This document shows, in pieces, positions 27,384 through 27,594 of a DNA stretch of 27,594 bases. This DNA is from Tubiluchus corallicola. Taxonomy: Eukaryota; Animalia; Priapulida. Location: NCBI GenBank assembly GCA_030141605.1, contig JAQGDQ010002463.1, positions 1-27,594 of the forward strand. Reading direction: 5' to 3'. The position numbers and the translations under genes are program-made. Every line of letters begins with the position of its first letter. The first letter of the stretch is position 1. The notes beneath the pieces were generated by a model. That model was not told where the DNA came from and made no database searches. It was given only the letters and a program-made list of their open reading frames with translations.

Positions 27384-27594
27384 CCGCCACCTATATTTTT
27401 CTTGTAAAGGACGGATTCGTCGGAAGGTGGCAGACTGCCGCCCGAGCTCAGCACTAAGCGCAGTTACCCAGGTCTGTTTATTTCACTGCTATGGCCATCA
27501 AAAACATTGCAGAAAAGTTTAACAGCCATGGGATTGGGGTTGCTTCGACAAGTAATGCTAACCAGCCAATCAGCATCTGATACTAGGTGTAATA

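Overview
The window has two parts. Bases 1 to about 25,857 are very AT-rich bacterial chromosome. Outer-membrane beta-barrels together with Firmicutes-like housekeeping genes suggest Fusobacteriota (an inference). This part carries a polar amino-acid ABC transporter, engB/yihA, an FAD oxidoreductase, a nitroreductase and a C-GCAxxG-C-C protein. It also has a five-gene Lol-like operon (OM barrel, LolD-like ATPase, two FtsX/LolCE-type permeases, LolA-like protein), a BpsA-like aminopropyltransferase, galU, a membrane 4Fe-4S protein, nfnAB, dprA, argS, fabV, an OM barrel, a decayed IS3-family element, a LysM/M23 peptidase, ftsB/divIC and a 5'-truncated aroQ. Three genes, including the normally essential argS, carry single small indels, which is typical of long-read error. 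At about 25,857, aroQ is cut by an (ATAC)~40 microsatellite, and the rest looks like animal nuclear DNA: an ATAD2-like exon with canonical splice sites, further splice signals, and an 8 x 69-bp non-coding minisatellite that is not CRISPR. A chimeric assembly of symbiont and host DNA is the most likely explanation, but real integration cannot be excluded from sequence alone. The best candidates for under-described bacterial biology are the Lol-like operon and the BpsA-like protein.
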